Numbered from the stretch's first letter, positions 23,237-36,224 are shown. The stretch: 64,000 bases of DNA from Macrostomum hystrix (GCA_950097015.1 CATNEN010000039.1:19034001-19098000); one strand, 5' to 3'. Notes: a model not told the origin generated them from the sequence alone. Numbers and translations are program-made.

Positions 23237-23871
23237 GCCGACCCTTAAAACCTTAAAAAAAACGCGAATTGACTCACTTAACTCACATTACATAAACCTG
23301 AAGAAGAAAATTTTCTTGTTTTCTATTTTCAATTAGACTTCTAAAACAAAATGGGCACTCTAATTAATTAAGGACTAAAGTCCCCGACGCTGGCAAAATA
23401 ATCACCCCATAACTGTCAGACTGGACTCAAACAAATCTTTCAATCTTCATAGATCTCTGACAGCCGCAGCAGCAGCAGCAGCAGCAGCAGCTGACACAGG
23501 TTCTCAATTTCGCATGCATTCTGTCGCTTCTGTGCTGTTCTCATAGTTTATTTGGTGCTGCCGAATCTTATCCAAAATTTATCAGTCAACAACCAGAGTC
23601 CAACGCATGTCTGTATAAACGCCCCGACTTTACTAGCCAAATGCAAAAGGCCTAGGGGTGTAAAACTTCTTTGAATAGAATCTTCTTTGTCAAGTAAACA
23701 TATTCATTGCACAAGCTAGTGCTCGTTCAAATCAGGTAAGGTTACTCAATTAGATCTATAGAGTTTGATTGCTACGAATAATATTACACTAATGACTGGG
23801 TATCAGTTTTCCACAAGGCGTCACTCACGACCCTCGTATGAGCGGAAAACAAGCCAGGATAACTCTAGAGA

Positions 23872-24628
23872 TATCTAGGAACTAGATACAGAATATGGGA
23901 ACTAGACACAGAATATTGGAACTAGACACAGAATATTGGAACTAGACACAGAATATTGGAACTAGACACAGAATATTGGAACTAGACACAGAATATTGGA
24001 ACTAGACACAGAATATTGGAACTAGACACAGAATATTGGAACTGGACACAGAATATTGGAACTAGACACAGAATATTGGAACTAGACACAGAATATTGGA
24101 ACTAGACACAGAATATTGGAACTAGACACAGAATATTGAAACTAGACACAGAATATTGAAACTAGACACAGAATATTGGAACTAGACACAGAATATTGGA
24201 ACTAGACACAGAATATTGGAACTAGACACAGAATATTGGAACTAGACACAGAATATTGAAACTAGACACAGAATATTGAAACTAGACACAGAATATTGGA
24301 ACTAGACACAGAATATTGGAATTTGACATGGAATATTGGAACTAGACACAGAATATTGGAACTAGACACAGAATATTGGAATTTGACATGGAATATTGGA
24401 ACTAGACACAGAATATTGAAACTAGACACAGAATATTGAAACTAGACACAGAATATTGAAACTAGACACAGAATATTGGAACTAGACACAGAATATTGAA
24501 ACTAGACACAGAATATTGGAACTAGACACAGAATATTGAAACTAGACACAGAATATTGAAACTAGACACAGAATATTGGAACTAGACACAGAATATTGGA
24601 ATTTGACATGGAATATTGGAACTAGACA
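23872..24628. repeat. 20 bp minisatellite (ACTAGACACAGAATATTGGA), probably within a 5'UTR intron
   Basis: ~37 copies, lying between a CAG|GTAAG donor (23736) and a CTGCAG acceptor (24742) just before the ATG. Confidence 0.95.
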
Positions 24629-24743
24629 CTTTTCATTTACGAGCTCGTAGTTTTCACTGCAGGTTCATGGTATTCAACGAGTCTGGAATACTCACTTGAA
24701 TCAATATTTTTTAACAAAAGCTCAATGCATCAATCACTGCAGG

Positions 24744-26195
24744 ATGACCAAGCTGCTGAGTCTATTTATTGCCACCTGCCTCCTGGCATTGGTGAGTAGC
24801 AGTGCCATCAAGGCACCGCTCACTGACCCGGATCTCGATACCATCAGCATCTATATCAAGGCCACACTGGAGAACCTGCGCGAAGCTATGCCCCGTGGCA
24901 TCCCGGAGCTGATGATCCCGCCGTTGGAGCCGCTATCGCTACCCGTCATCGACATTCCGCGGATTCGCGAGGGCGTCGCGGACATCATCCTGGAACTGCG
25001 CAATTTCAACCTGCGAGGTCTGTCCTCGTTTGTTGTGCGCGAAGCTAAGGGTAACACCGGCGATATGAGCATCGAGCTGGATCTCTTCTTCCCGGAGGTG
25101 GCCGCTGGCGCCCATTATAATCTGGATGTGAGTACTGTACCTGTACGAACTGCTAATCGTCCCTTCTCGCAGCGCATGCGTTGGGTACTCCAGAAGCACT
25201 CCTAAAGGCGTTGATCCATCCCACAGGGCAAGATCCTCATCTTCCCGCTGTTCGGCAACGGACCCGCTGCCATACAGATCAACGATCTGAGCATCCGCTT
25301 CAAGGCCGCTGTCAGCATCGAGGATCTTCGCCGCGTGCAGCTGAACAACCTGCAAGTGGACCTGACCTTCTCCCAAGTGCAGATATACCTGGAGGGCATA
25401 ATCGGTGGTGGTAGCATTGGCAGCATTGTTAACACTCTTCTGAACGCCTTGGGCAAGCTCATCTACGACAAGCTGAAGGATAAACTGCTGCCCGAGGTCA
25501 GCCGCATTCTGCGCACCGTCATCAACAACGAACTCTCGAAGGTGGACCTGCAGGACATCATCGGCGGCATATTGCCCTACGGCAGTGGTCTGCGCCCGGT
25601 TGATGAAAGCGCCAACAACTACGTGGACAAGCTGATGGCCAACCTGAGGCCGCTCATCCACCAGAACAGGCTGGACCCCGTCAGCATCCCGGAGCAGAGG
25701 GCCGACTTCTCGCAGAAGATCCTGCTGATCACAGTGTGGGGCAGCGCCCGCATGTTCAACGGCCTGGCGTATGGCCTGTCCACCATCCACAGGGCCGGCA
25801 ACTGCGACATCGGTGCTCAGGGCAGCAGCGTGGCTGTCGGCTGCGTGATCGGCATGGACAACATCCGGGGCAGCTTCGACTCGCGCGCCGAATTCATGGG
25901 CATCGGCGTCAACGCCGGCGTCTCATTCCTGGTTGCCCGTGTGCGCGTCTCGATCCGGGTCGGCGCCGACATCTCGGCCGGCTCCAGGCCGCGCCTAGAG
26001 CACTTCTTTATCACCGAGGTCGCCCCAGTGGCCGTCAGCGTCAGCGGCCTCGGCCCGCTGGACTGGATCCTCACTCCGGTGGCCAACGTAGTGGTGAACT
26101 CCGTTAAGCACATCATCGTGGCCGCCATCGAGTCGCCAATTCGCCAGGAGCTGTCTAACGTCCTCGGCAGCGTGAGCATCCCGAGCTTCCCTTGA
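24744..26195 (+). CDS. Secreted TULIP-fold lipid-binding protein, ~450 aa: Takeout/JHBP-like domain plus a group-7-allergen-like domain
   Basis: Exons 24744-25127 and 25227-26195; signal peptide MTKLLSLFIATCLLALVSSSA; GIPELMIPPLEPL, NFNLRGLSSF, YNLD|GKILIFPLFGNG (Takeout-type); second repeat ANNYVDKLMANL..LDPVSIP..NGLAYGLSTIHRAG..VSVSGLGPLDWIL. Confidence 0.8.
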
Positions 26196-27828
26196 GCCCT
26201 GAAGGCAGGCTGACGGGTTAAATGCATTAAAGCTCACAGTCGAAAAGCCAAATATAATGTGTCACAGGTGCAGAAATGAGTGAGACTAGTTTTCTTCTAT
26301 TTCCAATGCAACTTGTTGAACCTCTTTTGAAAGGCTTTAAAGCTTTGCTAATCTTGCCAATTCCATGAAACTTTCGAAAAAGTTATAATTTGAACCTTTC
26401 CAAGCTACAATTGTACCTAATGATTGACGTTATTCGATAAAACAAAAAAGGAATTATCGAAGTTGAAAGATTTTCGACACACTACTGAATTTAGTAGTTG
26501 TGTTAGTGCTGCTCAGATACAAGATTTCCAGAACCTTCTTTGGATAAATTGAAAACAATTTGATATTATTTGCCGTACATTTTATTTTAGCTTTAAGCGT
26601 AAGATTACTTCGGGCCATTTTTATTTCTAATCTTCTAAAAAAGTTAAAATACACGCTTCTTCGGTGATGGAATTTTATCGATTTAACAGAATGTGAGTAA
26701 GGTACTCAAAATATTGAGAGAAGGTACTTCCATCGATAATTATCAATAATTTTACAAATAAGAAATGCACAAACTTCTGAAGGCTATGCCGTGCCTTTTT
26801 CTCAGAGCTAATAAAATTTCCCTTGGAAGTTGAGAAGACTATAACGGACAGAATATTTCTGAGCGTTTAGTTAGTCGATGCTTTGGCTACTGGGCTGTGC
26901 TTATTAAGTTCAATCCGACAAGCAGCCACATTGTCACGCGCTATTGTATGGGGTCTCTTTAATCAGCTGCAGCAAAGCCTCGCTTAAACTCGCAAGCTTC
27001 AATAAGAGACGGTAATGTATCGGTCGGCATTAATATGATATGAAATTGCTTAACTTAGCAGAATTTTCTCTTTTGCAACAGCAGCAAACCGAGCTGTGAC
27101 TTGCTAGTTTGGGGTGGGTGGAAAAATGCTGCCCGGTCCTCGCGTCAGCACTCCTTCAAGCCCCATGCAGCCTGCCCACCCCACTACCGCTAGTTGCCGC
27201 CTCTCTCCTTAATGTCAGCTAAAGCCCTTGCCTTCAATTCTCTCCCTTTTTCCTCTTTCCTTGTAAGGAAAGTTTCATTGGGCTGGTTGACAACCGAATC
27301 CGTATATCGAGTAAACACGGGCTCAGATCCCCGCGAGCACCCACGCACGAGGAAGCCTGAGTTAGCCATCGCGTTTTTGAAGCTCAATTGTACGCATCAC
27401 ATGATCGCAGCATTTACCTCAATACCTCGTTGGTTTTAGAAAGAGGGTGGAATTTTCCACAAAGTGTGCGCACAGGCCACGTGCGCAAGCGCCCGCATGT
27501 TAATTTTGAGATATAGGGTTGTTCTAAAAATAGAACGGCTACTTGTACATTCGCGGACAAATGTCATTGGCTGATAGCGGAAATCTATCTTTCTAACCCC
27601 TCACACTCCGCCTCTGTACAGGCCCAAGCGCTAGTAGTGATTCAGCACGAGCCAAGTGTGTTTCATTTAAGAGTTCGGCTGCCCCCTCAGCCCTAGCAAA
27701 GGCCTTCGCCTATATAGATCCGTAGCAATCTGATTTTTCTCTCTTCACTTCTTGCCAAAACTAAAGCCAGGATTAGTCGATAGTTAGCGTTCAGCTTCTA
27801 TCCTGCTAACACAGTTAATATCAAAGCC

Positions 27829-28026
27829 ATGGCACCAAAGCAGCGAATGCGTATCATGAACGAGCGAGCCAGCCATAACATCACCCAGCGCGGCAACATT
27901 CCGAAATCTTTGAAGACTAAGAACGACGGCCCGCCGGTCAGCGCCTGGCTCCTAGGCGTCTTCATCTTTGTGGTCTGCGGCTCGGCCATCTTCGAGATTG
28001 TTCAGCACATTCGCATCGGCATCTAG
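27829..28026 (+). CDS. SERP1: Stress-associated ER protein SERP1/RAMP4, 65 aa, intronless CDS
   Basis: MAPKQRMRIMNERASHNITQRGNIPKS..PVSAWLLGVFIFVVCGSAIFEIVQHIR matches the RAMP4 family pattern. Confidence 0.95.
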   Translation: MAPKQRMRIMNERASHNITQRGNIPKSLKTKNDGPPVSAWLLGVFIFVVCGSAIFEIVQHIRIGI

Positions 28027-28649
28027 AAAAATCCAAACGGAAGCTGGCTGAACTGAACAGAGAAAAACTAACTGAATTTTTCGGAAATTTCCAGATTCTC
28101 TTCATTATTAGCGTCGCCACTCATGCTCATAATACTGTGTGTTAACATAGTTTTATTAATTATGAGTCCCGTCAATCCTCATCCATCGACTTTGGAAAAA
28201 ACTGTCGTAAAAACTTGTCATTTGAGTGTCAGTTTTTAATTGTTATTTTTTCATCGTGACTGTTTTGCGTGTGCGTGTGGCATTTAATGTGTTTTGAAAG
28301 CGAATTACTACATAATTAGATTTAGAATATTAGCAAGCTCTTCAGTTACTCATTATATAAATATATTTATTGTGACCACTGAAATGCTACAGCGCGATAA
28401 CCCATGGCCATTAAACGATTCCTATTTTCTTCTCGATTTATTTATTTATTTTGTTATGAATTTAATTTAAGAATATGAAGCTTGAAGCCCAGCGATTATG
28501 TCTCACCGGTGACTTTTATCAGAGAGGCCAGGAGTTCGAATTTCAGGCCAAAGATAGAAAATTGTTTGCTTGAGCATTGATTCCTAATGCGGCCCTCGAA
28601 GTTCCTAAATCTGGCTCGTTGCCGCATCCGGCACCCACAGTATCCTGTT

Positions 28650-29310
28650 TTATCTTTCCCCTGTCACATCTCTCCTTAGTCTCATCTCTTCTCTGTCTCA
28701 TCTCTCCCGTGCCTCATCTCTCCCCTATCTTATCTCTCCAGTGTCTCATCTCTCCTCTGTCTCACCTCTCCTCTGTCTTATCTCTCCAGTGTCTCATCTC
28801 TCCCGTGTCTCATCTCTCCCGTGTCTCATCTCTCCCGTGTCTCATCTCTCCAGTGTCTCATCTCTCCTCTGTCTCACCTCTCCTCTGTCTTATCTCTCCA
28901 GTGTCTCATCTCTCCCGTGTCTCATCTCTCCCGTGCCTCATCTCTCCCGTGTCTCATCTCTCCTCTGTCTCACCTCTCCTCTGTCTTATCTCTCCAGTGT
29001 CTCATCTCTCCCGTGTCTCATCTCTCCCGTGCCTCATCTCTCCCGTGTCTCATCTCTCCTCTGTCTCACCTCTCCTCTGTCTTATCTCTCCAGTGTCTCA
29101 TCTCTCCCGTGTCTCATCTCTCCCGTGCCTCATCTCTCCCGTGTCTCATCTCTCCCGTGTCTCATCTCTCCCCTATCTTATCTCTCCAGTGTCTCATCTC
29201 TCCTCTGTCTCATCTCTTCAGTGTCTCATTTCTTCCGTGCCTCATCTCTCCCCTATCTTATATCTCCAGTGTCTCATTTCTCACGTGTCTCATCTCTCCC
29301 TTATCTCATA
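28650..29310. repeat. 16 bp minisatellite (GTCTCATCTCTCC[C/A/T]GT)
   Basis: Same family as the 2.3k and 22.2k arrays. Confidence 0.93.
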
Positions 29311-29374
29311 TTTCTAGTCAATGCGGCCCGCTGTCGTCTTCTAGGTTCTCTCTTTGGTCCGCTAGCTAAAAAGT

Positions 29375-29455
29375 TACCCAGTTGAAAATTGGGTGCCAAG
29401 CTAGAGATTTGGGTGGGTGTGGGTCCACGGACTGAACAAGTGTACACAGCCAGCA
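29375..29455 (+). mobile_element. SINE family A 3' fragment
   Basis: ACCCAGTTGAAAATTGGGTGCCAAGC..GTCCACGGACTGAACAAGTGTACACAGCC. Confidence 0.6.
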
Positions 29456-29902
29456 GATTAGGTGTCGTTCCTACCTGCCAACATAAAAAACAAATCTTTA
29501 ACAATCCGAAGCAAACATGTCACGATAGAATAGAGTGATAATCTTTTTTTGAAAAAAAGAGCGAAGTCAAATTATTTGAATAACTACACATATATTTCGG
29601 GCATCCCAGAAATGTTATACACTGGCACAGTATAGACTATAGACTCATTTGATTTGAATAATTATAAAAAATGATAGAGTAATTAAAATCATAATAAGAT
29701 TGAAAGAAAAGATCACATCCTATAGGTTTCAGTATAAAAAATCATATAATTGACAGCTTGATTTTACCAAAGCGGGCCTAGTGAATGACCATTAGGTCTG
29801 GTTCATGACCAAACTAAATGTAATGAAAGTTAATGGCCACGTCTTTTGACTGAATATAACTATTTTTACAATTACATAATAAGCTATGAGCATATTAAAA
29901 TA

Positions 29903-30246
29903 TTGGTTATGACCGTTCATAAAAGATTGGTCATGACCATGCCTGAAGATTGTTTATGACCATGCCTGAAGATTGGCTATGACCATGCCTGAAGACTGCC
30001 TATGACCATGCCTGAAGATTGCCTATGACCATGGCCTGAAGATTGGCTATGACCATGCCTGAAGATTGGCTATGACCATGCCTGAAGACTGCCTATGACC
30101 ATGCCTGAAGATTGCCTATGACCATGGCCTGAAGATTGGCTATGACCATGGCCTGAAGATTGGCTATGACCATGGCCTGAAGATTGACTATGACCACTTC
30201 GAAAACAATCGCTATGACAATATCCAAAATATTTACTATGACCACA
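29903..30246. repeat. 23-24 bp minisatellite (TATGACCATG[G]CCTGAAGATTGGC)
   Basis: ~14 copies with degenerate edges. Confidence 0.92.
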
Positions 30247-30781
30247 GCTAAAAGATAGGCCAATACGTTATCAGAAAATTTCAACGTGTAAGAAACTTTA
30301 GTTGAATGACTATCATAAATATCGTTAAAGCAAAAAAATAAGATCTGCAATGCAGCTACACACTGTACTACTGACTGAAGTAGGCATGGAAAGCAAATTT
30401 TTGAAAGAAACGAATCTTGGCATCAAAATCGACTGAACAGAATACAGTCTTTACCAGGAGATTGACAAAAACTGGCAAAAAATTTTCAGATTATAAAATT
30501 ATCTTACTACTGACAGTAGCTATTGCAAATTATTCATTAGGACAAAATTAGACAAAAAATTGAAAGCGGAAATCATGTTTTTTAGTCGAAGTTCATTGGA
30601 AATTTAACGCCGTAAAAAACACATTTTTGAAAACATACCAAATGTGAGATGGCAAATTGAAAGGTGCGACGCTGCGATTACTGAAACAAAGACTTGAGAC
30701 TTGTTATGCCATTAAAAATTCCTCTGTTGAGAAGAGACAAATAGTGAAAGAAATTGAGAATGGGGTGAGAGGAAGAGAGAG

Positions 30782-31975
30782 GGAGATGGAAGGATTGAAG
30801 GTGGGATAAAGGGATTGAATGTGAGATGAAGGGATTGAAGGTGAGGTAAAGGGATTGAAGGTGAGATGAAGGGATTGAAGGTGAGATGAAGGAATTGAAG
30901 GTGAGAAGAAGGGATTGAAGGTGAGATGAAGGGATTGAAGGTTAGAAGAAGGGATTGAAGGTTAGAAGAAGGGATTGAAGGTGAGATGAAGGGATTGAAG
31001 GTGAGATGAAGGGATTGAAGATGAGGTAAAGGGATTGAAGGTGAGATGAAGGGATTGAAGGTGAGATGAAGGGATTGAAGGTGAGATGAAGGAATTGAAG
31101 GTGAGAAGAAGGGATTGAAGGTGAGATGAAGGGATTGAAGGTTAGAAGAAGGGATTGAAGGTTAGAAGAAGGGATTGAAGGTGAGATGAAGGGATTGAAT
31201 GTGAGGTGAAGGGATTGAAGATGAGGTAAAGGGATTGAAGGTGAGATGAAGGGATTGAAGGTGAGATGAAGGGATTGAAGGTTAGAAGAAGGGATTGAAG
31301 GTGAGATGAAGGGATTGAATGTGAGATGAAGGGATTGAAGATGAGGTAAAGGGATTGAAGGTGAGATGAAGGGATTGAAGGTGAGATGAAGGGATTGAAG
31401 GTTAGAAGAAGGGATTGAAGGTGAGATGAAGGGATTGAAGGTGAGAAGAAGGGATTGAAGGTGAGATGAAGGAATTGAAGGTGAGAAGAAGAGATTGAAG
31501 GTGAGATGAAGGGATTGAAGGTGAGATGAAGGGATTGAAGGTGAGATGAAGGAATTGAAGGTGAGAAGAAGGGATTGAAGGTGAGATGAAGGGATTGAAG
31601 GTTAGAAGAAGGGATTGAAGGTTAGAAGAAGGGATTGAAGGTGAGATGAAGGGATTGAAGGTGAGATGAAGGGATTGAAGATGAGGTAAAGGGATTGAAG
31701 GTGAGATGAAGGGATTGAAGGTGAGATGAAGGGATTGAAGGTTAGAAGAAGGAATTGAAGGTGAGAAGAAGGGATTGAAGGTGAGATGAAGGGATTGAAG
31801 GTTAGAAGAAGGGATTGAAGGTGAGATGAAGGGATTGAAGGTGAGATGAAGGGATTGAAGGTGAGAAGAAGGGATTGAAGGTGAGAAGAAGGGATTGAAG
31901 GTGAGAAGAAGGGATTGAAGGTGAGAAGAAGGGATTGAAGGTGAGAAGAAGGGATTGAAGGTGAGATGAAGGGAG
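30782..31975. repeat. 20 bp minisatellite (GTGAGATGAAGGGATTGAAG)
   Basis: ~59 copies, starting ~80 bp downstream of the lipin stop codon. Confidence 0.97.
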
Positions 31976-32054
31976 TGCCGGTGAGGAAGCTAGTCATTGT
32001 TGAATCAAAACAAAAATGACAGTTCTTTTGGAAGGAACTCGTTGAGTTCAAATA

Positions 32055-35000
32055 CTAAGCCTTTCTTTCCGACAATGGCGCCTTGACAACCGGATCAACA
32101 GCGGGCGTTGACACCGCCGAAGCTGCTGTTGTTGCTGCAATCGGAGATGCCGCAGGAGTACCAGCGGGTACAACTTTGCCGACGGCTGGTACAGCAGCGG
32201 GGGACATTGGTCCTGACGGCTGCGACGGCGGCGGCGGCGGAGGCGGTGGCACTGGCGGCGCCGGCTGGCGCCAGTAGGCGAAGTCGCTGAATTCCGACTC
32301 GCCATCACTATGCCGACGACTACGATGATGCTGCCGACGCCTTTGCTGCTGCTGCTGCTGCTCGTAGTGGTCGTGCTGTTGATGAGCATGCTCAAAGCCC
32401 GGCCGGCAGGGAAAGTACAAATCCACATGAGCACTAAGCTCCCGGTAGCTGGTTGACTGCACCAATGAGTGCCGGTGGCTGACCTGGCTTCTGGGGTTAA
32501 TGATGAAGATGCGCTGAGGCGGCACGCCGACGGTGGCGTAGGCTAGAGCGTCGGTGTCGCGGTTGCCGAAGCCGGCGTAGAACGGATTGCCGTCGGGGAA
32601 CAATGAGCGAATGTCGGATAGGCAGGCGATTTTGAATTTCTCCGGGCACCTGTGAAATCCGCAGTTTAATTAATATTTGCAGGGTGGCCGTCAGCAGTTA
32701 ACAGTAGAAATAACTAGCTGAAAACTTTTGTGCTGCAGCTCTTCAGACCGTCGAGATATTCAATAGTTCTGGCCGAAGGTCAGCTTTTTTCCATTAGAGC
32801 CATTGAATATCTCGACGGTCTGAAGAGCTGGCCTAACAAAAAGTTGGCCCGTGTTCTTGAGCTTGGTGTGCTTGCGTTGCTCCGTTCGGTTGCAGCAAAA
32901 ATCATTGTCAGGAGGGAAATACCACTTGGTATAAAAACGGGCGGCAAAAAGGCTTGGCAGTGTCACTGTTAACCACTGCTACTTTACTCTACGATAATCG
33001 TGACCCTATTATTATCCAAAAAAATTTCAGAAAATATATTTTTAGCATTCTACTAGCAGTAGGATAACAAATAATAATAATTGCAGGAGGGCTGCGCGCA
33101 ATGGCACATCATTCAGTGACACTGGACCTGCAACCAGCGAGGAGGCAATTCTGACCATTTCGCTAAGTCCTGAGCACACACGCACACAGATACTGTACGC
33201 AGGCACACGCACACACAGGTGTGTACATCTGCCCTGACTTTCTCATCGTCAGGCAGTGTACACTCTCACTGTGCCTTGGAGGTTGGCCCTTAACGGCGTA
33301 AATTGCATGACAAGCCTCCAAGCCTTCTCTCCGCGGCTGGACCCCCAAATGAATGTGGCCTCGCCGTGGAATCGAACTTAGGGACCTTGGTGCGAGAGGC
33401 AAACGCGTTAACCGCTCTGCCACCGATCCCCCTAGTAGGATAATGGAATAATTGTCAAATATGAAAACTTAGACTAACTTTTCGATGACCTCCTTGCGGA
33501 ATGCGGTGACCAAGGAGGTCGGGTTGAGCATGATGGGCCCATCCGGCAGGGCCACATCCTCCTGGTTCACCCAGTCAATGAATTGTCTGGTGACGGCTGA
33601 CATTCCGATACCGCGAGAGCTGAGGTAGAGCAGGTGATAGCCATTGTCTCGGATGGATCGGAACAATTTAGTGACGCCCTCGTGAGACCAGCTGCGGCCC
33701 AGCATCGGCAGCAGGTGGCCTAGAACGTCGCTGCGAGTGATGGTGCCATCAACGTCGGAGATGACTAGACGGTCAGAGTGGCTGACCCGGTAGATGCAGG
33801 CGAAGCACTTGGTGGTGCCCTGGAAGGCGGTGGTGACGCTGAATTCCACTCGGTTGGCGCCAGGCTGCAGGTCGAGTCGAGCGATCTCCTCGGAGGTGAG
33901 TCGAACGGATTTCACGTAGACATTGCTGTCCGAGTGGTGATGATGAGGCGGCTGGGACTCTGGCTGCTGCTGCTGCTGCAGATCATTGTTAGTTGATTTA
34001 GTCGCAGCAACCGGAATCACTGGAGTGGCAGCAGGGGCGATCGTTGCCTCCGAGTTAGTCGCCAATGTGGTCGGATTGTTTGTCGCCGGTGTTGTCGACA
34101 CATTCGAAGACGACGACTTCCACAAGAAGCCCCAACCGCGTCTTCTTCGACCGCTGCCGCTGGTGGTACCGCCAGCGCCGCCGCCGACGCCGATGCTGGC
34201 ACCGCTGGTGCTCGACTTTGTCGGCTGATGCTTCTTGCGCAACTGTTCCATTGTTCTCTCGGGCAGCGGCGTGCCGAATGCCACTAGGGACAGAATCTGG
34301 GGAGCCGCAACCCGCCAGTTGCTGTAGCGACCGTCCAGCTGGACAACCAGGTGCGGACTGGTCAGCACGCTGTCCGGATCTCGGATAAACTCTTCGTAGG
34401 TGACGAGATTGCGCGCCCACCTGTCGATAGTCACCTCCTGGAGCTGTTGCTCTTCGGGTTTTAGCGGGCCGCATAGAGACAGGGACAGATTGTCTAGTTG
34501 AGGTGGCCGACGGCCGCCGCCTTGGCTCAATCTGGCCGCATTGTGCACCTCGTTGACGCCGGCTGCTGAAGCTCCAGCGGCGTTGTCGTCGGACGATCGA
34601 TAGCCGACATCCTCGGAGGCTGGCGACGCGGCGCGCGGCGTCGGCGCGTACAAGTACAAGCTGCTGAGCTGCGGATCCAAGTCGGACAGGTAGACGCCGC
34701 CCTCCTGTGAGGCCTTGTTACCTGGAGGCTGCGACTGCGGCTGCTGAGCGGACGCGGCAACGATGCTTGCCGCAGCCAAACCGTCGGCAGCCGCCGAGCT
34801 CAGCTTGGCTGTTGTTGAACTACTTGCCGAAGAAGTTGGCTGACTGGTTGACGACGAGGAAGACAACGCGTCAGGAGCGACCGAATCCTGCGGCTCCATC
34901 GGCCTGGGAAACTGGCCCCACGGCCATTCGACCGGTTCCGCTTCCGCTGGCTGCTGTCCGGCAGCCTCTGCTGAGGACGCCGAGATATCAGTGTCTGACA

Positions 35001-36041
35001 GGCATTGAATAAGCCGCTGCTCGCTAGCTGGCACAGTCAGGGTGTCGGTGGTGGCCGCCTCGGACACAGGCAATTTCGGCGTGGTTGCGAATGCATTTCC
35101 ACCTTCGGAAGAAATTAGCGACTCGTTCTTCAGAGTGAGGATCAACGCTTCGTGATTGGCGGCGGCGGCTGCGGCGACAGCAGCCTCCTCCGCCTCGTGT
35201 GGATGCAGCAGAACTGGCAGCGAGGCCGCTCGAAGCATCCGCAGCGGTGGCTGCAACTTGGCGGGTGACGAAGCTTCGACATCTGGGCCGACTGGGCCAG
35301 TGGCCAGCTGCTTGTGGAATAAGCAGATAGCAAATGAGGAAGATTTGATATTTTAGAAAGATTAGGATTTTAGAAGGATTGGGATCCTAGAAAGATCGGG
35401 ATTTTAGAAAGATTGTGATTCTAGAAAGATTGGGATTTAAGAAAGATTGGGATTTAAGAAATATTGGGATTTTACAATAATTGGGATTTTAGAAAACTTA
35501 AGATTCTTGGAAGATTGTGATTTCAGGTAGATTGGGATAACAAAAAGATTAGGATGTAAGAATGATTGGGGTTTGAGTAAAACTATAGGATTTTGTAAAG
35601 ACAGGAATTTCATGAAGATTGAGTAAGGATAGTAGTAAGGTCGGGATTCGAACCCCTGACCTCTCGGTCTCGAGCTCCCGCTACCTTCTCATCGTCGAAG
35701 TCCTCGTCGTCGCTTTGAATCGGCGAGGTGACCAGAGCCGGTGGTGGAGGCGGCGTCTCCGGCGCAGTGTGCGGCAGCTCGCGGACAAAGAAAGCCTCCC
35801 CATTGGGTCCCAGCTTCATCCGCAGCTCCGTTGGCTGGTCGTTGACGTAGATGTCGACGTGCAGCTGTCTGGGCAGGAAGCTGGCCGATTTGCCGAAGCG
35901 CACGTGAAACGGACTGCCGCGAAAGGTGCCGTCGGGTTGTTCAACAACCAGGACGTCGATGGCGCCGGACAGGTAGGCGGCATTCATGGACCGGTAGTAG
36001 CCGGTGACGCCGGAGAAAAAGCGGTAGAGATAGTCCGCCAT
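32055..36041 (-). CDS. LPIN: Lipin, Mg-dependent phosphatidate phosphatase (~926 aa)
   Basis: Exons 36041-35685, 35307-33479, 32649-32055; N-LIP LSGAIDVLVVEQPDGTFRGSPFHVRFGK; middle domain LSLSLCG; C-LIP VISDVDGTITRSDVLGH (DxDxT), EKFKIACL, FYAGFGNR. Confidence 0.95.
32736..32830. other. Perfect 29 bp inverted repeat (hairpin) in lipin intron 2
   Basis: CAGCTCTTCAGACCGTCGAGATATTCAAT (32736-32764) / ATTGAATATCTCGACGGTCTGAAGAGCTG (32802-32830). Confidence 0.9.
33068..33433 (-). mobile_element. Intact tRNA-derived SINE, family B, in lipin intron 2
   Basis: Minus strand GGGGGATCGGTGGCAGAGCGG (A box), AAGTTCGATTCC (B box), (TTA)n tail; 10 bp TSD AGTAGGATAA at 33058-67 and 33434-43. Confidence 0.9.
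35340..35600. repeat. Degenerate 17 bp minisatellite (TTTAGAAAGATTGGGAT) in lipin intron 1
   Basis: ~14 diverged copies. Confidence 0.8.
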
Positions 36042-36224
36042 TCAGTACAGGCTGAAGAATGGAGTTGAGAACAGTGTACTCATAATCAGCGTTGAAGATT
36101 ATTTACGATAAGGATTCCAATTCTTTATTTAAGTTGTGGATTTTTTATCGAATCTAATTGTCTCCCTGAATCTCGTTTCCCAATTTTAACGCTATTTTCA
36201 ATCTAAAATCCCCTTATCTATTGT

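Noticed and set aside
24939-25790. Antisense or overlapping ORFs over the TULIP, lipin, RhoGAP and DCX exons
   Set aside because: Shadows of GC-rich codon usage with no independent motifs
33225-33262. CTGACGA..GAAA..GTC in SINE B as a second hammerhead
   Set aside because: Only 3 nt lie between the core boxes, so stems II and III cannot form; the segment folds as a simple hairpin
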